From the NCBI GenBank assembly GCA_045837725.1, contig JBEWZL010000119.1:62001-126000 (forward strand): 64,000 nt of DNA. The letters are read 5' to 3'. The notes beneath the pieces are model-generated. The model had not been told where the DNA came from. It saw only the letters and a program-made list of their open reading frames with translations, and did not search any database. The stretch's first letter is position 1. Each line of letters starts with the position of its first letter. This document shows positions 53,187 through 64,000 of the stretch, piece after piece. The position numbers were made by a program, and so were the translations under genes. The DNA comes from Vermamoeba vermiformis (Eukaryota).

Positions 53187-54566
53187 TTAGCTTTGATTGA
53201 CGTTATCAAACTCGCCAGCGACCTTGACCACGGCACGATATCTGTAGCCTTTGTTCTGCTCAAAGTTGTCGAGCACTTTGTTCACGTCGCGAATGCTGAA
53301 CAGTTCAGTCTCGGGCACGATATTATACTTGGAACAGAACTGCAGTGTTTTCATCGTGGACTCGCTGTTGCCGTTGTTCGAAGTGACGAACTTGCGCTGC
53401 TTGTAGAGCAATGGGAACACGGGCAAGTTGACCTCGCCTTTCGAAGGCAAGCCTAACAAGCAGAAGATGCCGTTGGGCTTGACAAGACTGATGAACTGGC
53501 CCCAGTCTGGGTTGTGGTAGCTCGTGTTCACGACGAAGCCAAACTGTTCTTCAGCGGCCTTGAGCTCTTCTTTCGAGTTCTCATCGATAAATTTCACAGC
53601 GCCCATCTTGAACACATCCGCTTCTTTGTCAGCCGAAGATGAAATCACACTCACTTCCAAACCCATCTGCGCGGCCATCTTGACGAATAAATGGCCCAAA
53701 CCACCGAATCCGATCAATGCGACTTTAGTACCAGGCGGCAGATCGTACTCGAGGAGGGGTGAAAACACCGTGACACCAGCACAGAATAACGGGGCTGCTT
53801 TCTCCGAGGGAATATTGTCGGGGATAGGAATGGCCCAGCGACTGTCAATGCGCAAATACTCTGAAAATCCACCGTTGTTGCCGTCAAACGCGATTTGAGG
53901 AACGCCGCCAGGGCACAAGTTGTCACGACCCTTGCGGCACATCTCGCACTAGGATAAAGGCAGGTTAGTATGTAGTATATTATAGCTGGCAAGCTGCTTA
54001 CGTGGTGGCAAGATCTCTTCCACCAGCCAACTCCGACGCGATCTCCGATCTTCAACTTTCGGATGGGCAGATCTTCGTTCAACGGAGCCAACGCGGGATT
54101 AGTGCTTTGTTTTAGAGGAATTTGTTTGCCATCAGCTTGAATGCCAGGACCTGAGGCATTGGGACCTAAAGCAGTCACGATACCAATGATCTCGTGACCT
54201 GGTGCGAAAGGATACTTTGCTGCACCGATCTCATTGCGCAAGCAAGCAACTAATGGAAATTAGAACGAGATCAGGATTGTTTTAATGATATTTACCATCG
54301 GTGTGGCAGACACCGCAATGGGTTACCTGGATTTCGACCTCGTCCGCTCCTAAAGGTTCTGAAATGAATTCCCATTGCTTAAGATGAGTCAATGGCGCAA
54401 ATCCTAATTTAATGATTAGTATTCATGTTATTCTAAGCATTAGTTTCGTACCAGCATAGCATCTAATGCGACGCTCGCCGTTCTTTAATTCGCGCTGATC
54501 TGGCTTGTGGGTCAACTCAGTAAATTTGCCCACGACTTGTTGGGGGATAGCTTTTAATGCTTCCAT
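53187..54566 (-). CDS. zinc-dependent alcohol dehydrogenase (cinnamyl-ADH/Ahr type)
   Basis: HCGVCHTD, PGHEIIG, GDRVGVGW, structural-Zn cysteines, APLFCAGVTVFSPL, GFGGLGH, RYRAV. Confidence 0.92.
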
Positions 54567-54955
54567 GGTGATAAATGTAAATAGAATAATTCTTTGTAAT
54601 TTGTTTTTTCTTTAAATAACAGATCGCGTGACAAAACGAGAAAATCAATAAAAATTCAACAAATATTTTTATAAAATTGCTAAGCAATAATTTTGCAATG
54701 TAACTTGAAGATGCAGTAATCAAAAATACTTTTACCGAATGACAACAATAGGAGCTTTTGATCTTCGAAAAAAGACTGATTAAATCATCTCAGGTAACGC
54801 GCAATTATATGGGGTCCATCATATATTCAATTAAATACGTCGTACTATAATTTGGTGCTATTGAGTTCAAAGTACGTTGTTTTTGAGGACAAAATCTTCA
54901 GGCCTATTTAATTTTTTGTGTGTCAAAAGTCCCGAGGCAGCACAACGCTTAAAAT

Positions 54956-57121
54956 ATGGATATTGATTGTGTAGTAGTGTTTGATCTTCGAGATAAGTAA
55001 GTAATCATTTATGTGGCCTGATCTTTCGATTAAATTTTTTTTTATAGGTTGGAAGTTAGCGCCTTGTCAGAAATTAAATGCGCTGCTTTAACAATAATTT
55101 TAGCATTACATAAGCAATCACTAGCTCATGGTTTTACTCTATTAAAAATCGAGGAGTCAGCATCTGGAATTTTCCTCGAGCCAACAAATAATTTGGAGCC
55201 TATTCAAGTAGCTATCGAGGCCATACTAGAGAGAAAAATTCTAAGAAATATTGAAGCAGCCGAATATATCAACGAAGTCTCAAAATCAATTGGTGATAAA
55301 GTCCTGTCATTGACCATATTTTCCAACGGATCCAAAGAGTTGATCACCGATGCCTTTCTTAAATTACAGTGCAATATGGAAGTATTCTTCTTAGGCCCTA
55401 CATCGTGCAACATGTCATCACTTCAAGCCCAAGCCAACAAATTTGCTTCGGGTGATGCGAGTTACTGTCTGGACTTTATTGATCGTGTCAATATGATCGA
55501 TCAAATGCAAAGTGGCAATGAAATTTCACACGAGAGCGAGAAGCCTGCGAATGTAGATATACCAAAAAAGGAAATTGAAGTTGTACAGAAGCCCGAATCA
55601 AGCCTACAACCAGTGGCCTCGAGCAGTATAAATTTTGCCACGACTAAACGGCTCGATGTGGTACGTTAACAATTGAAATTAATATAATTATATTAACATG
55701 GTATACTAGCCTCGTCGAGCTAAAGCTAACGGCCGACCTCCGACGAAGAAAAAACGATCAGCAGCCGCGCCTGACACCCAAGAAAGTGATGCTGAACACG
55801 TGCCTGAAAGTCAGCCCGTTGATACCAAACACGAGCCTGAAAAGCAGCCCACGACACCTGAAAAACAGCCGACCAGTCCTGAACGCAAACCTGCGCCGAA
55901 CAAACCCTTGCCCGAACTTCCAGTGGCTAACATTGCCCCGTCCTCACCGCCTGAAACAAAATCCACCGCGCCGAACAAACCTCTACCCGAAGTTCCAGTG
56001 GCTAACGTTGCCCCGCCCTCGCCACAAACTGAGCCAAAATCAACTGCGCCGAAAAAACCTTTGCCCGAGATTCCCACTCCTCAAATCGCCCCGCCGTCTC
56101 CAAGGTAAGAAAAAACAATACTATTATTAATAAAATTAACGTGTCCTGTTAGGAGCCCGAAAGCTAGTCCTCGAATTGAAATCACAGTGATCAGCAACGC
56201 AATTGCTGATAGCGCGGTAAAGAATCAACATGAAACTGCATCAGTGCCGCCATCATCGAGCACGGAGCCCGTGTCCAATGAAAGTCCTAAGAGCCAAACT
56301 AACGAGGCTGAACCTAACGCCGTTACACCTGTGCCAACTGAACACAAGCCAGAAGAGCCACAAGTCACAGCCACACCGACTAAAACACTCGAGACAGAGT
56401 CACCGTCAATACGACCACCCTCGCGCTATGGCGTGGAAATACCAGAGTCTGAGAGGATTGATCGAAGTATCAAACAGGCCATGTGGAAGACGTACAAGAA
56501 GTCGAGTGATGATCACGAGTCGACAGATGAATACAGCAATTGGAGCGATCAGAGCGAGTACAGTTCAATGGAACAGGCCAAAGATAAAGACACCGCGAGG
56601 AATTCTAATTCTAGCCAGAAGAGCCAAGGCAGTCAAACGAGTCAGACAAGCAAGGCTAGTCAAGCGAGTCAAGTGAGTCAGACGAGCGATGCACAGTCAC
56701 AAAAGAGTGTTAGCCCTGAAGATCTGAAGCGCGTGTGGGTCAAAGTCAACACTGAAGGCGTCGGATCTAGTCGCTACACGAGCTATCAGATTGAAGTTTT
56801 GGTACGTACTTGACCTCAATAATGCACTCTATATCAAGCGCTACCTTCAACTTAATCAGCATATTAACTCCTAAGTTGTCTATTTAGGTTAACGGCAAGA
56901 GTGTTGTCGGCCATAAGAGATACTCAGAAATTCGAACGTTGTACGATACATTACACTTTTCCGTCAAGAGCGAGTTCGGCAGATTTCCCTCGAAGACTAC
57001 GAACAAAATGGACACGATGGTTATTTACACGCGCCAACAGTACTTTTTGAAGTTCTTTACAAAGCTATTGGAGATTAATCAAGAAGGCGTAGTTAAATTT
57101 TTACAAACTGATAGCAGCTAA
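54956..57121 (+). CDS. Pro-rich protein with C-terminal PX domain
   Basis: YTSYQIEV, KRYSEIRTLYDTL, FPSK, RQQYFLKFF; central KPLPExP repeats. Confidence 0.72.
55893..56104 (+). repeat. three imperfect 75-78 bp coding repeats (APxKPLPExP..[IV]APxSP)
   Basis: GCGCCGAA starts at 55893, 55968 and 56046. Confidence 0.85.
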
Positions 57122-57551
57122 GTAAAAGTAGTTTACTTGCATAAGGATGTGGATTTCCCGATCGTATTTTAAGCCATTGGAATTCTTGACCAAAGGAACA
57201 TCTGGGAGTCCGATCCAACTTCCAGGTTCTTTCCGCGATAGACTTTAACTAGAATAGCTTCGGCATATAGAACATTGAAGCGATTCCTTATGTTGTTAAT
57301 GACTTTGTCAAGACATCGTGACTTAACTGAGAAAAAATCATGACTTAACTCGACTAGCCGTTTTTTTTTGTCTTAGTTTTTATCTATTCACTTGGCGCGC
57401 AGATAGCCGCGAATATTTTGTCGCGATAACCTTTGTATATTTATGTTTATATTGTAATCATAGGCGTGGCCAAGCAGAGGATTCAGGTTTCCGATTCTGG
57501 CTTTGGTTTAATCTGATCAGTTTTTCTTTCCGATTGAAAAACTAAATTATA

Positions 57552-59350
57552 ATGACATCTTTAGGTAAGTATAAATAGAAAGTTATTGTTTTTACGCTTA
57601 AGATATTTTATTTTGCAAATTGAACTAAGCAACGATTTAATAGACATCCCGGCGAGCTTGCTTGCCTCAGATTTAACCGCTGAGAATGGTCCAGTGCAAA
57701 AAGTAAGTAAATAATTTTTATATATCGATTTTTCTCGTTTATTTGAGCTAAGGAACTAATCCAGAAACAGATCAAGGCATCGAAGGATGTTGGCAAAGAA
57801 AACGTGACCGTAGCAACGAAGCAAGAGTACAAAAAGCCTGCCGATCGAAAACGCAAGCTGCCATTACAAGACTCAGAAGCGCCGAGACCGCAAAAACGCG
57901 CCAAGATCGAGAAATCTGAGGAGATCCTCGCCGCCAAGCCAGATCCGCTCGCAGCCGATTTAAAAGCCGAACTTAAGGACTTATTATTCAAGTCTGATCT
58001 AAACCTACACTTAAGCACTGAAGATGCCAAGACTGAACTCGCGATCGATCCCGAGCTCTTGCAATCCCCAGACAAGTTTAAAACACCCGTCAAAGCTGAA
58101 ACACCTAGTAAAACTATTACACCAGTCAAGGCAGAGTCAACTCCGGTCAAAACAGAACCACATCCGTTTGATATTCAGCAAGGCATCGAAATATCTAAAA
58201 TCACCGAAGAATCTCGGCTATTTTTAGGCAATGCCGATGTGGCCAGTAATTCTGCATGGTACGTCTTAATTACAGAATAATATTTCTACCGATTACTAAC
58301 GCCATGTCTTTATTTAAATGCAGGTTATTATCAGCGAATGTAACGCACATTGTTAACGTGGCCTCAGAGGTCCCGAATTACTACGAGAAGATATTTTTTA
58401 ACGACGATGAATTCCAGTTTACGTACAGAAAGTAAGTTACGCGATACCCGAGTTGACACGTGTCACGTTGACTAATTGGATCTTGTTTAGGGAGCCATTT
58501 AATGATAGCGAACACGAAAATATAATGCCCAAGCTGCACGATTTAACAGATTTCATTAAGAAAGGCCTTGACGCAGGCAGTGTATTAGTGCACTGCAAGA
58601 TGGGTCAATCGAGATCTGTCAGCATTATTTACGCCTATTTAATTAAGCACGGAGGGTACGTACAGCGATATTGCCTTATTTGGAAATAACGGAGCCTAAT
58701 TTTCCTAATACAGAATGACACTACAGTTAGCGAAGAGATTTATCGAAGAGGAATTGAAAATTTTGACTAAATTGAACAATGGGTTTAAGAGGCAGTTGAT
58801 GGAGTTTGAAAAAGAAATTAGAAACGTGACTGAAGCCTCGCACGACTTTTTTGTGTTGCCCAAGCGGATCTCAACGCCGCCAGCGCAGTTCAGGACCCTC
58901 GATCACTTTGTAAGTGCCACTGACACGCTCTATATGATGCAATCTAACCATGTGAATCCCTAGTCACAGAAGAGCAGGAGTTTGAACAGCTCGCCTGCCA
59001 CGCCACAACGTCGAGTCAATTCAGCCTCACCACGCAAGACACCAACTGGACGCAAGACGAACTCGGCGCGCAAGGCCAAAGCCAACACGAACAAGTTGTT
59101 GCGTGCTGCAGTTGGTGTGCCGAGTGTGAAAGATATGCTCGAGCGACAGTTGCACCAAAATCCGTCAAGCACGCAGACGAGTAATAACAATAATGTGAAT
59201 AGTAGCGATATTAATAACAACAATAATAATGTGAATAGTACTAATTCAAAGAGCGATAGTGAAAGCTCGCATAGTGATAGTGAGTCTACGCCTAGCTTGC
59301 CTGAAGGTGTGCGGATCTCACTCAAACTTAGCGGTGTAAAATATAAATAA
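57552..59350 (+). CDS. dual-specificity protein phosphatase
   Basis: LFLGNADVA, VTHIVNVASE, PFNDSE, VLVHCKMGQSRS (HCx5R), NNGFKRQLMEFE. Confidence 0.9.
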
Positions 59351-59701
59351 TAACAAAAGGCAAGTTGAAAAACGAAAGCATATTATTTTTGCAATACCTG
59401 ATAATGGGCATATATTTGATAATTAATCAGGCAAAGGATGTCATGCTTAATTACTTACTTGTTAGATCTCGTGCTCTTCATTAGCGAAAGCGTGACGCCA
59501 AGGTTTTTCAGCAAGACTAGTCCACTTTCTCAGAAGAAAGCTACCACGAATGTTCCTGCTAGTTACAGAAATGGATAAAAAGATATTTTCGTGCACAACG
59601 TGGGACCGCGAAAATTCGAAAATTTTATGGCTAAACCGGATATAAATAACTGAGGCTATAATATTAAGTTCCTGATCGTGTCAAAGCAACAACACATCAT
59701 T

Positions 59702-60043
59702 ATGCGATTGGATGTTTATCACTTGGCCTACTTGGGCCTTTGGGGTGGCTACTTAGTCGCATTGACGATCTACTTCGTGCTGAAGATGTGCATTCAACGA
59801 AGACCCAATCCTGAAGCTGGAGAAAAAACGAAGCTACTCGAATCCGGAAAACAATCCACTGCAGCTCCAGGTCAAGGCACCGTCATTCCAGTCAGTTGCG
59901 GGGATCGGTTCTGTATTGGTCCAATCTTTCTCTCATCGAAGCCATATATCACTACACGCACATTCATCATTTGGTACATCACTTGCTTTATTTTGATGTC
60001 GGCGTTACTTGGCGTCGGCTTTTTTTTCCTGTATCGGATCTAA
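59702..60043 (+). CDS. small intronless two-TM membrane protein
   Basis: Hydrophobic segments LAYLGLWGGYLVALTIYFVL and FIIWYITCFILMSALLGVGFFFLY; EKTKLL dileucine-like motif. Confidence 0.6.
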   Translation: MRLDVYHLAYLGLWGGYLVALTIYFVLKMCIQRRPNPEAGEKTKLLESGKQSTAAPGQGTVIPVSCGDRFCIGPIFLSSKPYITTRTFIIWYITCFILMSALLGVGFFFLYRI

Positions 60044-60163
60044 ACATAACTAACACGTCAAAATAAACACCCATTTATTGCCCTAGCTACGCACCAAAGA
60101 TATTATCTATCGCCTTAATAGCCGTAACAAGTTGCATAACGTCAAGTTTTGATCGCTGGCACG

Positions 60164-61952
60164 TCAGATCAAATGTGAAAAGATCTGTGTCCACATTTCG
60201 AGCGGAAAATTCGTGTTATTGCATCTCTTGATATTATTATATAGCACCACCATATCCATGTATCTTCTGTTGTTATTGCGAAGGATCAAATCGACTTCGT
60301 AAGCATCGGAGAGCGGAGCGAACTGCCACAGTGAGATCGAAGCGTGAGTTGTGTCATTTAAAAATATTTCAACCACGTTATCAAGGCTTATTGGAGTTAT
60401 TTCCAAATATAGTAATGTCGTATTGATCTTCAGAACTTGCATCAAACGCTTGAAAGACTGATCGCTGACTCCAAAGTCCTTGCTTGACCCCACTTGGATA
60501 ATTAGGCTGCGTATCGTCTTATTCTTGAGTAACATATTCCATATAGACTGATAATTGTCGTTAATCGAAATATGGCGCAGATCCAATTTCTGAATCTTGG
60601 TGTTTTGTTCCATTACTCGCATGAATTCTATCGTATCATTGTTTTTGAACGAATCGGTGCTAACAATTCTGAGTACTCGCACGTTGTTATTTGGCGAATT
60701 GAGTCCTTGAATGAGCAGATCCACATCAAATTCCGTTGAGATCAGTTCGAGTTTGGTCAACTGAACGGTTTTGAGCATTTGACAAAGTGCCATATGCAAG
60801 TCCTTGCTTGGAAGTGATGGCGTGCGACGCATACATAGATCGGGACCAAATTCTAGTGCTTTGAGGTTTCGTTTGGGATTGTCAATGACACTTTGACATA
60901 TTGACAGGGCGTTGGTAGCATACAAGCTGATTTCAACGAGTGTTGTGTTCACTTTGAATGCGTCTAATAAATCCTGTGTGATCGTTAAATCAGCCACCGT
61001 GAGTGACTTGAGCGTTGTATTTTTTGTTAAAAAACGGCCAAGTTGAGTTTGAAAGTCTGTAAATTTTGTCAACGTTAACTTTGTAAGCTTTGTGTTGTTG
61101 TCCAATATATCAAAAAAAACTTCCATTTGCTCGCCATTCTGAGAATTATTTCCTCCTAGTTCCAGAACTTGTAAATTGTTCGAGGTGGTTGGTAACGTTA
61201 GAGGTTTTAGTAATGAAAAGTCACATCCGGGCTGCATGAATCCCATATGTAGCTGCGTTAAAGACGTGTTTAATACTATTGCAGGAAATACGTAGTTGTT
61301 TGCCGTGGCTGCGCCAAATGAAAATTCCAAAGATCGGATTGTAGATGAGTTTTTAAGCAGATCCGAGAATTGTGGCAAAGACTTATCTGAAAAGCTACCA
61401 TATCGACAAAGTATATGTAATTCTGCCTTAGATGTTTGAATAAACTTGATGTCTTCTTTTAAGCCGAGTTCGGTGATAGTGATCTTCTTCAAGGACGGTA
61501 TCTTTTGCAATCCTTTGTATAATTCTGCGCCATTCTCTTTGCCGAGCCAACCATCAAATATTAGTTCTGTTATTGATGGAATTGCGCGGATCAGCTTGCA
61601 AAAATCATATGGGACTTTTTTTGAGACACGACAATCAACTACCATGGTCTTTAAATTCCTGAGTTTTTCTGTATTTTTGCTTTTTTTAAGGTATTTAATA
61701 ATGTCATGTACGTCCTCGGCAACCATGCTGGTCCACTTCATGCATCTGATTTTTTGAATGTCGACGCCATTTAAATATTCGTTGGCGGAGGCTCCTTTTC
61801 TCTTAGTCCACATCAAAGTCTCCTGTATGTATTATTTCTAATTAAATTATGCAACAAAAGTTGTTTCGACCGCGGGATCAGCGCAACGCGGCTCTAATAA
61901 CGTTTCGATTCATAACTCGTACCAAAAAATTATACTGACGATCCGGATCCAT
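60164..61952 (-). CDS. RNI-like LRR protein with C-terminal F-box-like motif (exons 61952-61923, 61822-60164)
   Basis: Repeated N[TK]TLxxLxL units; ends FPLEMWTQIFSHLI*; in-frame join MDPDRQYNFL|ETLMW. Confidence 0.72.
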
Positions 61953-62350
61953 TATTTGGGTGTGCTGTTCAACTCGTGTCGCGTAAACAAAAAAAGACAA
62001 ATAGGGTTTGTTTATTTCCGAGCGACAAAGATTGAAACAGCACGAAGTAAGGTTATTACATCGTAAGGAATAGAACTTGTAAGGTCTATGTCTTCGCCGA
62101 TTCTCAAAGGACCAGATCCAATCGGAGTCGAATGACACACGCCTAAAAAAAAAAAAGATTGTCCTTCAACGGCGTCGAGCAAGTGTTGCAAGGTATACTT
62201 CTATTGCCAAGGTCTATCTCGGATATACTATTTGTTGCAAAATCGGTTTGGGGGTTGAGTTCACGTTCATGAAATTAGTGAGTTTCACCGCCGAACAGAT
62301 AAATAAAGTAAAAATTCATTCGGAAATATAATCTTACGACAACAGCAAAG

Positions 62351-64000
62351 ATGCTAACTATTGCGATCGTATTATCGGCGATTGCCGTTCTCGTTACGTG
62401 GCTCTACAGCCGCATCCCTAAACGACTCCCGCAACACTTGCCAGGATGGAGCATGTTAGAGTCTATGATGAACCTAAGAAAATTTAGAAAAGCGATACTT
62501 GATTCTACGAAGACTGGGGCGAAATGGTGGCGAATGTACATTATTGGCCAAGAAACACTGATCGCGACGCATCCTGACACTGTAAAGGTTCGTTGTTACT
62601 GAAACATAATTATTTACTATGCTTTAGCATTTATACTAATATTCTTGATTTTTAAATTTAGTTAGTATTGACGCATCCAGAAATTTTTCCTAAGCAAGAC
62701 ATCCCTGCCTTCTCTAAGAAGATGGCTCGTATATTTGGCAAAAATTTATTGACTTTGAACGGGGATGACTGGCAGTAAGTGCATGGCGAAGCTGAATATG
62801 AAATTTAAATTTCTGGAACTGAGCTTGGACTTTTAAAGGAATCATCGACGTGCCCTGAGCCCGGCTTTCCATTATGACGCTGTTAAGAGTTTTATTCCCT
62901 TATTTGTCAAGAAAACAAACGAATTATTGGAGATCTGGAAAGGAATCGAAGACAAACCCGTCTTTGCCCAGCCCACCTGGATGCCTAAATACACTCTCGA
63001 TGTCCTGAGTATGTTAAATTAGACCTTATTATTAGAATATCTGGACATCTGACACAATTCTCATTTTCTAAGGCACATCCGTCTTTGGCTACGATTTTCG
63101 TGCTATCTATGGAAACGAAGACAGCGAGCTTGATGCCTATTATACTTCCGTTAATTATGGTGTCAAGCCACTTCAAATTGCCCGCATTCTGGTGCGTATT
63201 TTGATACACAACAATCAGGATACAAAACTAATTCGCTTGAAGTTATCGCTCATCACTCACGTCCCTTTGACTTGGGATCTCGATGCCGCCGTCGGAGTTA
63301 TGGACAACTTTTGCCGCAAACTGATTCTCGTAAGAGCTGCACTATGATGATGCTGTTCAGCACCGGGATCTGACTTCTTTTACTAGGAACACGAGCGAAA
63401 CTTGGACAAGACAGATAAAGACCCTAATAAGTTTGACATTGTTGATATGATGCTGCAAGCTGAACCTAAACTTACCATTGACGAGGTATTAAATAACAAT
63501 TTCAGATCCGTCTTGCTACCGCCACTTTAGCTCATATTTTCACTTACAGATGGTTTCTGATGTCTTCTTATTCTTCGTGGCTGGTCACGAGACGACGTCT
63601 TCAGCACTCTCGTGGTTGTTATACTACTTGGCACAATATCCTGAGATCCAAGAGAAGGCACGAAAAGAGGCTCAAACAGTGCTTCAAGGACAAGAGTTCA
63701 CTGCCGCACATTTACGCGAATTTACTTACATCTCCATGGTACTCAAAGAGAATATGCGCATTCAACCTCCCATCGCTGCTTTGTCCACCAGAAAGTGCGC
63801 TCAAGACACCGAGTTTGAAGGCATTAAAATTCCTGCTGGCGTAAGTCACAACACTTCTGATATTGATAAATATAATGCTAACGTGCACTAGACTCGTATT
63901 GGACTTGGATTCGAAGCTGTGCATCACAACCCTCAGTTCTGGCCGGAGCCAGACAAGTTCATTCCCGAACGATTTGAACTCAAGAAAGGCGAGTCTATTC
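62351..64000 (+). CDS. cytochrome P450 (3'-partial)
   Basis: N-terminal anchor, WxxHRR, I-helix FFVAGHETTS, ExxR (ENMR), PERF. The heme Cys lies beyond the window. Confidence 0.93.

Noticed and set aside
57150-57215. U17/snR30 call from an m1-like ATGTTCCT on the minus strand
   Set aside because: The m2 motif AAACCAT and an H box are absent; AAACCAT at ~41663 lacks m1 and a terminal ACA.

Overview
Gene-dense eukaryotic nuclear DNA with many short (mostly ~45-100 nt) GT-AG introns and YTRAY branch points. The gene content suggests a free-living amoeboid protist (Amoebozoa-like; inference only). About 30 protein genes can be assembled: RPA2 (3' end), an EED/ESC-like WD40 protein, an ATP synthase subunit e-like protein, kinesin-6, a SMARCAL1-like helicase, SNAPC4, a PhnP-like MBL hydrolase, TRM1, SRP40/Nopp140, a TPR protein, a tandem-NIDO GH81 glucanase, an aspartic protease, secreted/membrane unknowns, SMU1, OAT, SURF6/RRP14, an MRH-like protein, an LRR-PP2C, AMACR, an ankyrin-like protein, ADPGK, a CAD-type ADH, a PX protein, a DUSP, an LRR protein and a P450 (5' part). 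Signals not explained by these genes: (1) a convincing stand-alone box H/ACA snoRNA at ~2626-2789; (2) several further GC-rich, foldable intergenic islands, two of which share a complementary 14-mer; (3) a 12-bp palindrome TGACACGTGTCA (8 copies found, 7 in introns) and Mcm1/SRF-type CArG boxes recurring inside small introns; (4) two single-base frame breaks at homopolymers. No CRISPR array, rRNA, tRNA or transposon was seen. Exon joins, folds and motif counts were done by eye and need computational confirmation.
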